From positions 1-41,063 of the forward strand of contig JBGPXN010000022.1 of the NCBI GenBank assembly GCA_041492755.1: a stretch of DNA of 41,063 nucleotides, written 5' to 3'. The translations under genes and the position numbers were made by a program. Below are positions 9,214-18,927 of this stretch, one piece after another. Source of the stretch: Candidatus Methylomirabilia bacterium (lineage in GTDB: Bacteria; Methylomirabilota; Methylomirabilia; Rokubacteriales; CSP1-6). The notes below the pieces were generated by a model. That model was not told the DNA's origin. It did not search any database and saw only the letters and a list, made by a program, of their open reading frames with translations. How positions within the stretch are numbered: the first letter of the stretch is position 1; every line of letters starts with the position of its first letter.

Positions 9214-9932
9214 CGGGCGAGGCTCCGCTGCTCTCCGCGTACGGCATCACGGCCGGCTACGGCAAGATGGACATCCTTCACGACGTGGCGCTCGAGGTGA
9301 AAGCAGGCGAGATCGTCTGCATCATCGGTCCCAACGGGGCCGGCAAGTCGACGGCGTTCAAGACCATCGTGGGCTTCCTTCGCCCGCGGGCCGGGCACGT
9401 CGTCTTCAAGGGTCAGGAGATCACCGGTCTTCGGCCCGACCTCGTGCTGCGCCGTGGCCTGGCCTACGTGCCGCAGGGCCGGATCGTCTTTTCCCAGATG
9501 ACCGTCCTGGAAAATCTCGAGATGGGCGCCTACATCGAGGCCGACTCCGCACGCACGGCGGCCGCCCTGCAGCGGGTGTACGGTCTCTTTCCCGTCCTCG
9601 CCGAGCGCCGGAAGCAGAAGGCGGGAACGATGTCCGGCGGCGAGCAGCAGATGGTGGCCATCGGTCGCGCGCTCATGACGACGCCCGACTTGATCCTGCT
9701 CGACGAGCCGTCGCTGGGACTGGCGCCGAAGTTCGTGACGCTGATCTTCGAGAAGCTCGTCGACATGCGGTCGGCCGGCTATACCCTCATGATCGTCGAG
9801 CAGAACGCCGCCCGCGCCCTGCAGATCGCCGATCGTGGATACGTGCTCGAGCTCGGGCGCAACCGCTTCGAGGGCGAGGGCCCGCGCCTGCTCGCCGACC
9901 CCGACGTCAAGCGCCTCTACCTCGGAGGATGA
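9210..9932 (+). CDS. livF: HAAT ABC transporter ATP-binding protein
   Basis: GPNGAGKST, YVPQGR, MSGGEQQM, LLDEPSLGLAP, VEQN, YLGG end; ATGA overlap with the methyltransferase. Confidence 0.9.
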   Translation: MTGEAPLLSAYGITAGYGKMDILHDVALEVKAGEIVCIIGPNGAGKSTAFKTIVGFLRPRAGHVVFKGQEITGLRPDLVLRRGLAYVPQGRIVFSQMTVLENLEMGAYIEADSARTAAALQRVYGLFPVLAERRKQKAGTMSGGEQQMVAIGRALMTTPDLILLDEPSLGLAPKFVTLIFEKLVDMRSAGYTLMIVEQNAARALQIADRGYVLELGRNRFEGEGPRLLADPDVKRLYLGG

Positions 9933-10228
9933 GCGTGCGCCGACGGGCCAACGCGGGCGCGTGGCCGATCGGTTGGCTCGTCCTCGGGCTCGCCGCCGGC
10001 TGCGCGGCGCCGGTCGTCATGGAGCACCCGGTCACGCGCCAGCGGGTGAACTGCACGGAGGCGGCGCAGCGACTGGCCGTCAGCGGTCTTCCGCGGCCGA
10101 CCGGCACCGACGTCCCGCGCCGGGACGACATCGGCGTGCCCTTCCGCAACTTCGACTACGAACGCCAGTGCGCGGGGCAGGCCCAGGAAGAGGGATTCGT
10201 CTGCATCTCGGGGTGCCCCGCGCGATAG
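9929..10228 (+). CDS. small putative lipoprotein
   Basis: Lipobox-like LAAGC after a hydrophobic stretch; extra cysteines; ATGA overlap with livF. Confidence 0.7.
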   Translation: MSVRRRANAGAWPIGWLVLGLAAGCAAPVVMEHPVTRQRVNCTEAAQRLAVSGLPRPTGTDVPRRDDIGVPFRNFDYERQCAGQAQEEGFVCISGCPAR

Positions 10229-10231
10229 GGG

Positions 10232-10240
10232 TGCTATCCT
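10232..10240 (+). promoter_or_regulatory. putative extended -10 promoter for pepM
   Basis: TGCTATCCT (TGn-TATCCT); RBS GAGGAG at 10261-10266. Confidence 0.4.
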
Positions 10241-10276
10241 GACTGGCGGCCGCGAGCCGTGAGGAGAAGCCAGCCC

Positions 10277-11875
10277 GTGAAAAAGACCACGCGACTCAGA
10301 GAGCTCGTCCGCCGACCCGACACGACGTTCCTGATGGAGGCGCACAGCGGCCTCTCCGCACGCATCGTGGAGGACGCCGGCTTCGAGGGCGTCTGGGCCA
10401 GCGGGCTCAGCGTCTCGGCTTCGTTCGCGGTCCGCGACAACAACGAGCTGTCGTGGACGCAGGTGACCGATCACGTCGCGTTCATGGTGGAGGCGACCTC
10501 GATCCCGATCCTGCTCGACGGCGACACCGGTCACGGCAACTTCAACAACATGCGACGGTTCGTGCGCAAGCTCGAGCAGGTGGGCGTCGCCGGCGTCGCC
10601 ATCGAGGACAAGCAGTTCCCCAAGACCAATTCGTTCCTGCGCTCCGAGCGGCAACCCCTCGCCGACATCGACGAGTTCTGCGGCAAGATCAAGGCCGGCA
10701 AGGACAGCCAGAACGATCCCGACTTCGTGCTGGTGGCCCGCGTGGAGGCCCTGATCGCGGGCTGGGGCCTCGCCGAAGCGCTCAAGCGCGCCGAGGCGTA
10801 CCACCAGGCGGGCGCCGACGCGATCCTGATCCACAGCCGGCAGAGCACACCGGCCGAGATCTTTGGCTTCATCGCCGAGTGGGGGAACCGGTGTCCCGTC
10901 GTCCTGGTGCCCACGAAGTACTGGCGAACGCCGACGGCCGACTTCCGCGCCCGCGGCGTGAGCGTGGTCATCTGGGCGAATCACCTGCTGCGGGCGGCGA
11001 TCTCCGCCATGCAGACGACGGCGCGGCGGATCCGCGAGGACGAGTCGCTCATGAACGTCGAGCCGCAGGTGGCGCCGCTCCACGAAGTGTTCCGGCTCCA
11101 GGGCGACGACGAGCTGCAAGAAGCCGAACGGCGCTACCTGCCGGCAACGCGCGCGGCGCTGTCGGCGGTCGTGCTGGCGGCCGGGGCCGGCGAAAGCTTC
11201 GGCGGTCTCACCGCGAACGTGCCCAAGTCGATGCTCAAGGTGCAGGGCCGGCCGATCCTGGCCCGACTGCTCGACGACTTCGGCCGCCTCGGCTGTCACG
11301 AGGCCACCGTGGTCCGCGGCTACCGCGCCGAGGCGATCACCGTCGAGGGCGCCCGGTTCATCGACAACCCCGACTACGCGTCGAGTGACGAGGCCTACTC
11401 GCTGTCGCTCGCGGAGGCGGAGCTGAATCCGGGTACCATCGTCGCGTTCGGCGACATCGTGCTCAAGCGTCATATCCTCCAGGCGCTGCTGGAGGAGGCC
11501 GGCGACGGCATAACGATCGCGGTCGACAGCGTGCTGGCCGCCGCCGAGCATCCCGATCGCGTCGTGTGCAATCGGCCCGACACCGGACGCTTCAGCTTCG
11601 AGCAAATCGTCTTGCGGGGTATCGGGCCCACGGTTCCTGCGCTGGACAGTCACGGCGCGTGGATCGGCCTCATGCATCTCGGGCGCGACGGCGCCGGGTG
11701 GCTCCGCGAAGCCATTGCGGACGCGCGCGGGGCGGGAACCCTCCGGACCGATCGCATCTACGACGTGCTTGCACGCATCGTCGCGCGCGGCCACGTCGTG
11801 CACGTCGTCTACAGTCGCGGTGGCTGGGTCAACGTCAACAACCTCACCGACCTGGTGGACGCCTCGGGGATCTGA
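10277..11875 (+). CDS. pepM: phosphoenolpyruvate mutase fused to a C-terminal nucleotidyltransferase (PntC/LicC-like) domain
   Basis: PepM signature [10 protein letters not shown] (EDK-X5-NS), [27 protein letters not shown] and IWANH. C-terminal VLAAGAG...TANVPKSML...VRGY...FGDI. GTG start after GAGGAG. Confidence 0.92.
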   Translation: MKKTTRLRELVRRPDTTFLMEAHSGLSARIVEDAGFEGVWASGLSVSASFAVRDNNELSWTQVTDHVAFMVEATSIPILLDGDTGHGNFNNMRRFVRKLEQVGVAGVAIEDKQFPKTNSFLRSERQPLADIDEFCGKIKAGKDSQNDPDFVLVARVEALIAGWGLAEALKRAEAYHQAGADAILIHSRQSTPAEIFGFIAEWGNRCPVVLVPTKYWRTPTADFRARGVSVVIWANHLLRAAISAMQTTARRIREDESLMNVEPQVAPLHEVFRLQGDDELQEAERRYLPATRAALSAVVLAAGAGESFGGLTANVPKSMLKVQGRPILARLLDDFGRLGCHEATVVRGYRAEAITVEGARFIDNPDYASSDEAYSLSLAEAELNPGTIVAFGDIVLKRHILQALLEEAGDGITIAVDSVLAAAEHPDRVVCNRPDTGRFSFEQIVLRGIGPTVPALDSHGAWIGLMHLGRDGAGWLREAIADARGAGTLRTDRIYDVLARIVARGHVVHVVYSRGGWVNVNNLTDLVDASGI

Positions 11876-12083
11876 ACGCCCGAGGGCGCCGCCTCCTTTG
11901 TGGCAGGCGGTGACCGGAAGTGACGGTGCTCGTCGGCGTGGAGCCACCTGAGGGTGCGGGACGGGCAGGGCGGCGGTGCGCGTCTGACATCGGACTGACG
12001 CGCCCTGGCACGAACGCGGACGAATACCAGCGGCCCGCTCGAATAACGCCCTGACCTTCCAGCGTTTTCGGCCGCGACCCGCG

Positions 12084-12099
12084 TGGTACACAAGTTGCT
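12084..12099 (+). promoter_or_regulatory. sigma54 (-24/-12) promoter
   Basis: TGGTACACAAGTTGCT (GG-N10-GC). The predicted start near 12110 lies just 5' of the riboswitch. Confidence 0.7.
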
Positions 12100-12122
12100 T
12101 TACTCGGGCGGTGCGGGGGACT

Positions 12123-12221
12123 CCTTCCCGACAAAGGCAAACCCGTCGCGAGGCGGGGACGCAACGTCACGGGTCAGCGCCAGCTCGATCGTGCGCTGAC
12201 AGCCGGACTGCCGAAGGAAGG
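12123..12221 (+). ncRNA. c-di-GMP-I (GEMM-I) riboswitch
   Basis: AAAGGCAAACCCGTC-GCGA-GGCGGGGACGCAAC-GTCACGGGTC...GACAGCCGGACTGCCGAA matches the GGCAAAC / GNRA / GGGACGCAA / GCCG..CTGCCGA core. Flanking CCTTCC and GGAAGG can pair. Confidence 0.85.
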
Positions 12222-12271
12222 GAAGGGAGTCAAAACTCCCCGGGACATACCTGTCCTTCAAGGAGGGCACG

Positions 12272-12463
12272 ATGACCCGTCTCAAGCTGGCGTGCCTTGC
12301 CCCTACCTCCGCGCTTCCGTTCCCGACCGCAGCTCCGCCCGCCGGCGCTGTCCTGACACGCTCGAACATCGATCAGGTGGGCCACGGGCGTTGGGATCCG
12401 CCGCGACGTTCAGCGCGTCCTGGTTGGCAGTTTTTACAGGGGCGGACTGGCGTCGTCAAGTGA
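12272..12463 (+). pseudogene. short ORF directly under the riboswitch, possibly a decayed exported-protein gene
   Basis: Strong RBS AAGGAGGG (12260-12267) and a signal-peptide-like start MTRLKLACLA; the remainder is unrecognisable. Confidence 0.35.
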
Positions 12464-12531
12464 TGATGGACGGCGCGAGTCACGTCGATGCTGCGGCAGT
12501 GAACGGTGACGCCTTTACGAAAGGATCTCTT

Positions 12532-13269
12532 ATGAGCCTGCGCCGCGCTTTTCTCCGGTCGGTCTCGATGGCAGTTCCGCTGGTCGCAACCCTACTCATC
12601 TGGGTGACCCCGGCGTTCCCGCACGCCGGGAACTTCAGCGGCGACCTCATTCACGCCTGCGTTGGCAGGCACTCGCAAGTTGTCCGCATCGTCGGCGTCA
12701 ACGGGCACTGCGTGAGCCATCATGGCTTCCTGGCCGAGACCCCCACTCACTGGCCCGCGGTCGTCTCCGCGCCTGCACCGAGCGCACCGAGCGCCGGGGC
12801 CTTGCGGTATGTCGACTCGAGCATCCCCGAACCCAAAACGGTTGGGATTGCCGTAGGCGTTGAACCCAATCAACCGGCTGTTGCTATCGATCTCCCGAAT
12901 GGAACGCTCGTCACTGCTCAGATCGGTGCATCCGATTCTTTCAACGGAGCTGGTTTTCTAGACAACTTCGGAGATGCCACGTTCTTCTACACCGATGTAA
13001 ATTGTGGAATACCGGCATCGGGATTCCTGGACGGCCGCGTTGCGTCGAACCGCGCGTTCGCGAACCTGAGGGACTCCACTCTGACCTACACCGATCTCTC
13101 GGCGGCAGCAACCATAGCGATCCGCTCGTTCAAATTCGGGTCGCCCGCTCAGTGCTTCACCATCGCGGACCAACTCGGCGTCGAGTCGATGGAGATGTTC
13201 GTCGCCCCAGCCGTGACTGTCCCTCTCAGCGACCTGGACGTCAACCCGCCGTTTAGGCTAGCCAAGTAG
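12532..13269 (+). CDS. putative secreted protein with atypical codon usage
   Basis: AAGGA RBS; signal peptide ending TPAFP; IHACVGRHSQVVRIV...C...ETPTHW segment; Pro/Ala linker; many A/T-ending codons. Confidence 0.7.
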   Translation: MSLRRAFLRSVSMAVPLVATLLIWVTPAFPHAGNFSGDLIHACVGRHSQVVRIVGVNGHCVSHHGFLAETPTHWPAVVSAPAPSAPSAGALRYVDSSIPEPKTVGIAVGVEPNQPAVAIDLPNGTLVTAQIGASDSFNGAGFLDNFGDATFFYTDVNCGIPASGFLDGRVASNRAFANLRDSTLTYTDLSAAATIAIRSFKFGSPAQCFTIADQLGVESMEMFVAPAVTVPLSDLDVNPPFRLAK

Positions 13270-13661
13270 GGCTTTGCAGGACCTCTGAGTCGAGGCCGGG
13301 ATCCGTCGCCTGTGCTTTAGTGGCGGCGGGTCCCGGTATTTATTTTGTGGCGGACTCTGAAAGACGATGACCTCGATCTCATCACGGACGTGCCGCTGCT
13401 GGCGAACGATCGGCCGCGGCGTCGATGGCGATGACGGGGTCAGCGTGTGGGGCGCCCGGCGCCCCGGGCTGCTTGGGCGACCGGCTCCTCGACCGACTGG
13501 AGCAAGCTGCGCGTCATGGCCAACTCGCCGGTCACGCTGATCACGGCGCCCCGCTTCGAAGAAGCCGCAGGCCCGCGGGTCATTCTGTCCCGAAGGCCTC
13601 GGCCCCGCCTCGGGATGCGATGATCGGCCACGGCGCCTCTCCAGAGCTCCCGGGAGAAGCG

Positions 13662-14111
13662 ATGGACGGGATTCGGGGCACCGGACGGATCGGATTCGCC
13701 ATGGCCGCGGCCGTCGCGGCGCTACTCCTTGGCTGTGCGACCGGCCGTGTCCCACCCTCGGCGAACGTCGACTGGCTTCTCGGTACCTGGCAATGGCACA
13801 CGCACTCCCGGTTCGAGTTCGTCCGTGACGGCGACGAGATCGCCTGGACGATGACGCGGTCGCGGGTGCTGAGCAACAATCCCAGGTGGGGCGAGAAGGC
13901 GGCGGTCGAGGTGGCCGGCAAGGTGGCGACGGTCACGAGCGACAGGGTCGAAGCGTTCGGCACCTACGAGCGGAGCGACACCCCGCTGCTCGTAGGTCGC
14001 CGGTTCCGCATGTGGCTGACGCGCGAGGGCGGCGCTGTGCTGCGCGGCGAGATCGTGGGCGCAGGGAACGAGCCGATCCCCGTCGTGCTCCGCAAAGCGC
14101 CAGGACCCTGA
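13662..14111 (+). CDS. putative lipoprotein
   Basis: GGGAG RBS, lipobox LLLGC, then LLGTWQW and a beta-rich domain. Confidence 0.65.
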   Translation: MDGIRGTGRIGFAMAAAVAALLLGCATGRVPPSANVDWLLGTWQWHTHSRFEFVRDGDEIAWTMTRSRVLSNNPRWGEKAAVEVAGKVATVTSDRVEAFGTYERSDTPLLVGRRFRMWLTREGGAVLRGEIVGAGNEPIPVVLRKAPGP

Positions 14112-14354
14112 CCGTCGGCGGGCGCGTGGCGGGCGCGCGCCGCGTAGAGGATCTGGCTGACGCGCCCGCCCCGTCGCCTTCCGTCTCGACGAGTAAGCAG
14201 ATCGCGAAGGAGGAGCGGGAGTGCTCCCCGACGAGCAGGTGGAATCGCCGTCACGCGACGAGGTGCGGCGACAGCCCGGGACCGTCTACCACGCGGCGTG
14301 CTGGGAGTGGCGGGTTGGCGTGATAGACGACCGCCATGGTCGGTTTGCCGGCGT

Positions 14355-14726
14355 TCGCATCGACATCGAGAGCATTAGTCGAGATCTCCGGCGGCCGGCG
14401 GCGAGAGCTCCGATCTCCTCACCGAGCGCTTCAGCGGCTCGTGGACGCGCTGGCGGACGGCCCCGACGACCTTCCTGCCGTGCGTGCGGCCCTTCCGCGA
14501 GCCTGGAACGCGCGCGCCAAGCTATGGAGCAGCGGCTTGTCGAGAGCGCGCACGCTCGGCGTGCTGGCGTGAATGTCGATTTGGAAGGGCTCGCTACCTT
14601 TCCTGAGGTGCTTGAGGCCGGTACGCCGGACGAGCGCAAGGAGCTCGTCCGGTGTTTCTCAAGGGGCTACGAGTCGAGACCAGGACCGGACATGCCGTGC
14701 TGCAGTGGCACCGAGTGTCGGGTTAA
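14355..14726 (+). pseudogene. C-terminal remnant of a large serine recombinase/integrase
   Basis: Across frameshifts: LQRLVDALADGPDDLPAVRAAL / ASLERARQAMEQRL...FPEVLEAGTPDERKELVRC / FLKGLRVETRTGHAVLQWHRVSG*. It ends 2 nt from the tRNA CCA end. Confidence 0.6.
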
Positions 14727-14804
<78 letters not shown>

Positions 14805-14816
14805 ACGCGACGGATC

Positions 14817-14846
14817 AAGGTACCGGCCGTCCCCGACAGTTGTCAA
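14817..14846 (-). promoter_or_regulatory. sigma70 promoter of tRNA-Ala
   Basis: Minus strand TTGACA-N18-TACCTT, ending 12 nt before the tRNA 5' end. Confidence 0.6.
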
Positions 14847-14855
14847 GGAGGCGAA

Positions 14856-14941
14856 TGGTACCGGGGAGGGGAGTCGAACCCCTACGCCCTTTCGGGCAGC
14901 GGCTTTTGAGGCCGCCGTGGCTTCCATTACACCACCCCGGC
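14856..14941 (-). tRNA. tRNA-Leu(CAA)
   Basis: GCCGGGGTGGTGTAATGGAAGCCACGGCGGCCTCAAAAGCCGCTGCCCGAAAGGGCGTAGGGGTTCGACTCCCCTCCCCGGTACCA; long variable arm, CAA anticodon. Confidence 0.95.
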
Positions 14942-15241
14942 ACGCGCCTGCCTCCTGCATGGGCGTGCGACCATCCAATTGTACAGCCATCCAATCTGGG
15001 CCTGCCGAGACCACGCCCGCGACTGCAGCCCAGAGGCTGAAGAAAGCGTTCCGCTTTGGCGCTCTTGCGGACGAGACACGGAACGTCCCGCCCGTAGTAC
15101 ATCCACTTGAACCGCCGAAGGACCTCCTCTTCGATCGGCATGTCTCCGGCCCCGACGCGCCGCCACGTCACGTCGGAAGGAAAATTCGAGTAACCCCTTA
15201 CCTGGGACTGCGCAGGCGGTTGCAGAGTGCGAGGCGGCCGG

Positions 15242-16372
15242 TCAGGACCGGCCGAGGTAGCAGGCTTCCAGGCGGGGGAGGATCTGGTCCTCGGAGAACG
15301 CGGCGACGCGCTCGCGGGCGGCCGCGGCGATGGCCGCAGCGCGTGAGGGCTGGGTCAGGACCACCCCGAGTGCGTGCGCCAGGCCGTGGACGTCGCCGAC
15401 GTCGTAGAGCAGGCCGGTGCGGCCGTCTTCGATGACCTCCTCGGCGCCGCCGCAGCGGGACGAGACGATCGGCGTCCCGCACGCCATCGCCTCGATCACC
15501 ACGTTGGCCAGCCCCTCCGAGCGGGACGACAGCACGAAGCAATGCGAGCGGCCGAAGTAGGCGTACGGGTTGGTGGCGAAACCGGGCAGGTGGACGTCGC
15601 TGGCCACTGCATGATCCGCCGCGCACTGCACCAGCTTCTCGTGGTCGGGGCCGTCGCCCAGGATGACCAGCCGCGCATCGCCCCGTTCGCGAACAAGGCT
15701 GAAGCCGTGGATCAGGTCCGGAAAGCCCTTGATCTCGGCGAGACGACCGGCGGCGACGATGAACGGCCGCAGGGCGTCGACGGCAGGCGCGGGCTCACGG
15801 GCGAGCGCGCGGATCCCGCCGAGGGGAAACGGGTTGTAGATCGTCCGCACCGTGCGGGGATCGAGATCGAAGAACTGGGCGTGGTGGCGGCGGAGGTCCT
15901 TGGACACCGCGACGGTGTCGTCGGCCCGGCGGTAGAGGCGGCGGGCCAGACGCAGGAGCCGCGGGCTGGCGCCGGTGGCGGCGTAGGTGTCCGGCTCGTT
16001 GTGGACCTGCGCGATGGCCCGCAGCCGGCCGCCGGTCAGCACCTTGGCCAGCACCACGACCATGTTGGCGACGAGCTCGTGGCCGACGGCGATGTGGTAG
16101 TCGCCCCGCAGCGCGAGCGCGGCCACCCGGGCGGCGTGCCGGAGTAACTGCAGCCGTCCGTCCGCAGGCAGCGGACGCACGGGCACGCCGTGCTCGCCGA
16201 ATACCGCGAGGGTTGGGTTCGGCTGGCCCGAGAGCCGGTCCGCAATTCGCCACGCCAGGCACTGCACCCGATAACCCTGTCGTGCGAACCAGGGGATCTT
16301 CACTTGCAGGCTCCGCTCGATTCCGCCGGCGAGCAGCCAGGGCGTGACGAACAGAATTCCGGGTTTCGCCAT
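15242..16372 (-). CDS. GT4-family (GT-B) glycosyltransferase
   Basis: [42 protein letters not shown]; start MAKPGILFV at 16372. Confidence 0.9.
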   Translation of the reverse strand: MAKPGILFVTPWLLAGGIERSLQVKIPWFARQGYRVQCLAWRIADRLSGQPNPTLAVFGEHGVPVRPLPADGRLQLLRHAARVAALALRGDYHIAVGHELVANMVVVLAKVLTGGRLRAIAQVHNEPDTYAATGASPRLLRLARRLYRRADDTVAVSKDLRRHHAQFFDLDPRTVRTIYNPFPLGGIRALAREPAPAVDALRPFIVAAGRLAEIKGFPDLIHGFSLVRERGDARLVILGDGPDHEKLVQCAADHAVASDVHLPGFATNPYAYFGRSHCFVLSSRSEGLANVVIEAMACGTPIVSSRCGGAEEVIEDGRTGLLYDVGDVHGLAHALGVVLTQPSRAAAIAAAARERVAAFSEDQILPRLEACYLGRS

Positions 16373-16384
16373 GCCCAGGGACAC

Positions 16385-16430
16385 TGCACGGCAGATACCA
16401 GGGCGGTGGCGGGTCTGGTACGCGCCTTGC
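16385..16430. promoter_or_regulatory. back-to-back divergent sigma54-like promoters
   Basis: Plus strand TGGTACGCGCCTTGC (16416-16430) and minus strand TGGTATCTGCCGTGCA (16400-16385); both are GG-N10-GC. Confidence 0.55.
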
Positions 16431-16499
16431 CTCACCAAACCGCGGCTGCACATCAACGCACGGTCGGCCAGGCTGGCCGGCGACGAGAGCGGACGAGGG

Positions 16500-17726
16500 A
16501 TGGCACAGTCACAGACGACACTTGCCGAACCGGACAGCATGACCGCCGATGTTCCGCGCGCGGAGTTCCTTCCGTTTCACCGGCCGTGGATCGATGACGA
16601 CGAGATCGCGGAGGTCGTCGACACGCTGCGCTCCGGCTGGCTGACGTTGGGCCCCAAGACCCTGCGCTTCGAAGCCGAGTTCGCGAAGTATGTCGGCGCC
16701 AGCCACGCGATCGCGGTGAACTCGGCCACGGCCGGTCTCCACCTGGCCCTCGACGTCGCCGGCATCGGGCCCGGGGACGAGGTGATCACGACGCCGTACA
16801 CGTTCACGGCCACCGCGGCCACCGTCCTCCACGTCGGCGCTCGGCCGGTGCTGGCGGACATCCGGCCCGACACGCTCAACGTCGATCCCGCCGAGGTCGA
16901 GCGGCGGATCACGCCACGCACGCGGGCCATCGTCCCGGTGCACATGGCGGGACTGCCGTGTGACATGGAGCCGCTGCGCGCGCTCGCCGATCGCCATCGG
17001 CTCATCGTGATCGAGGACGCCGCGCACGCGCTGCCCGCGCGCTATCGCGGGCGGATGATCGGGGCGCTCAGCGACCTCACCGTGTTCAGCTTCTATGCCG
17101 GCAAGAACATCACGACCGGCGAAGGCGGGATGGTGACCACCGAGCGTCCAGACTTCGCCGAACGGCTGCGCACGCGGCGCCTGCACGGCATCAGCCGGGA
17201 CGCCTGGAAGCGCTACACCGCGGAGGGCTCCTGGTACTACGAGGTCGACTATCCGGGCTTCAAGTACAACATGACCGATCTCAACGCCGCCATCGGCATC
17301 CACCAGCTCGAGAAGTCGGACCGCTTCCACGAAATTCGGAGCCGCTACGCGCGGCGCTACACGGAGGGGCTCGCCGACGTTGCCGAGCTGATCTTGCCGA
17401 CCGTGCCCGCGGACCGCGAGCACGCCTGGCACCTCTACCTCGTGCGCGTCCGGCCGGAGATGCTCACGATCGACCGCGCCGCCGTCATCGAGCAGCTGCG
17501 CGCCGCCAACATCGGGACGAGCGTGCACTTCATCCCGCTGCACTTGCACCCGCACTACCGCAGCGCCTTCGGCTACCAGCCCGAAGACTTCCCGCGCGCG
17601 GTCACGGCGTATCGCGGCGCGATCTCGCTGCCGCTCTACCCGCGCATGACGGAAGGCGACGTGGACGACGTGGTCCGGGCCCTGCGGCGAATCCTCCGGG
17701 CCCATCGCATCGGGAGGGCGGCATGA
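16500..17726 (+). CDS. DegT/DnrJ/EryC1/StrS PLP-dependent nucleotide-sugar aminotransferase
   Basis: [47 protein letters not shown]; start at 16500 or 16539. Confidence 0.92.
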   Translation: MAQSQTTLAEPDSMTADVPRAEFLPFHRPWIDDDEIAEVVDTLRSGWLTLGPKTLRFEAEFAKYVGASHAIAVNSATAGLHLALDVAGIGPGDEVITTPYTFTATAATVLHVGARPVLADIRPDTLNVDPAEVERRITPRTRAIVPVHMAGLPCDMEPLRALADRHRLIVIEDAAHALPARYRGRMIGALSDLTVFSFYAGKNITTGEGGMVTTERPDFAERLRTRRLHGISRDAWKRYTAEGSWYYEVDYPGFKYNMTDLNAAIGIHQLEKSDRFHEIRSRYARRYTEGLADVAELILPTVPADREHAWHLYLVRVRPEMLTIDRAAVIEQLRAANIGTSVHFIPLHLHPHYRSAFGYQPEDFPRAVTAYRGAISLPLYPRMTEGDVDDVVRALRRILRAHRIGRAA

Positions 17727-18745
17727 ACACCGTGCTCGTCACGGGTGGCGCGGGATACGTCGGGTCGCACCTCGTTCGCAAGCTGCTGGCGCGCGGCTGC
17801 CACGTGCGCGTGCTCGACCGGTTTCTCTACGGCGATCACGGTCTGATCGCCCTGCTCGGTGACCCCGCGCTCGAGGTGTTCGAGGCCGACGTCCGCGATC
17901 GTACGGCGGTGCTGAAGGCGGCCCGGGGCGCGGACGCGGTCATCGCGCTAGCCGCGCTGGTCGGCGACGCCGCCTGCGACCTGAACCCCGCGGAGACCGC
18001 GTCCATCAACCTCGATTCCACCCGCCTCATCGCCGAGGTCTGCGACGGACTGGACATCGGGCGGCTCGTCTTCGCCTCGAGCTGCAGCGTGTACGGCGCG
18101 GGGGGGGACGAGATTCTCACCGAGACGTCGGAGCTGGCGCCGGTGTCCCTGTACGCGCAGACCCGGATCGATTCGGAGGCGATCCTCGACGAATACCGCG
18201 ACCGCCTCAGCGTGGTGATCCTGCGTCTGGCCACCGTGTTCGGGCTGTCGCCCCGCATGCGGCTCGACCTCCTCGTGAACACCTTCGCCTCCCAGGCGTT
18301 CTTCAACGGTCGCATCCGCGTCTTCGGCGGCGGCCAGTGGCGGCCCAACCTGCACGTCCAGGACGCCGCCAGCGCGTTCATGCTGGCGGCGGAGGTGCCC
18401 GACGCCATCGCGCGGGGCCAGATCTTCAACGTCGGCGACAACAGCGCGAACCACACGGTGCTCGACGTCGCCAGGATGGTGCATACCGCGCTGCCCGACA
18501 CCGCGGTCGAGGTCACCGACAGCGTGACCGACCAGCGCAACTACCGCGTCAGCTTCGACAAGATCAACCAGCAACTGGGCTACCGCGCGCGGTTCGGTGT
18601 CGCCGACGGCATCGCGGAGATCGTCGCGGCCTGCCGCGATCGGCGGATCTCCGGGCTGAACGATCCGCGCTACTCGAACATCCAGTGTCTGAAGCTCAAC
18701 GCCTTCGGGCGCGTGCGCTCGGCCCCGACCACGGCTGCGGCCTGA
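17723..18745 (+). CDS. NAD-dependent epimerase/dehydratase (extended SDR)
   Basis: [41 protein letters not shown] overlap. Confidence 0.9.
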   Translation: MNTVLVTGGAGYVGSHLVRKLLARGCHVRVLDRFLYGDHGLIALLGDPALEVFEADVRDRTAVLKAARGADAVIALAALVGDAACDLNPAETASINLDSTRLIAEVCDGLDIGRLVFASSCSVYGAGGDEILTETSELAPVSLYAQTRIDSEAILDEYRDRLSVVILRLATVFGLSPRMRLDLLVNTFASQAFFNGRIRVFGGGQWRPNLHVQDAASAFMLAAEVPDAIARGQIFNVGDNSANHTVLDVARMVHTALPDTAVEVTDSVTDQRNYRVSFDKINQQLGYRARFGVADGIAEIVAACRDRRISGLNDPRYSNIQCLKLNAFGRVRSAPTTAAA

Positions 18746-18927
18746 CAAGCCCGCGGGGTCTGTGCCAGAATGATGGCCGTCGGCGCGCGGGCTTCGCCGC
18801 CGGCGGTGACCCTTCCCGCCGTGAGGTCGAGATGGAGCGATCGTTCGCGGACGACGCTGGCGGCTGCGGTCAGCGACCGGCTCGAGCGCGGGGAGTACCA
18901 GGCCGCGCGCGAACTCGCCGCCCGCGA

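Noticed and set aside
11938..11954. GTGGAGC-CAC-CTGAGGG resembling the tRNA-Ala 3' end (GTGGAGCTGAGGG) as a possible att repeat at the island's far boundary
   Set aside because: Needs an insertion, and the matching blocks are only 7 nt each in GC-rich DNA; not distinguishable from chance.
13270..13660. possible gene or structured RNA between the two island genes
   Set aside because: No RBS-linked ORF with recognisable motifs and no convincing structure.
18753..18767. minus-strand TGGCAC-N5-CCGC sigma54-like site
   Set aside because: The -12 element lacks TTGC and it would point antisense into the epimerase gene.
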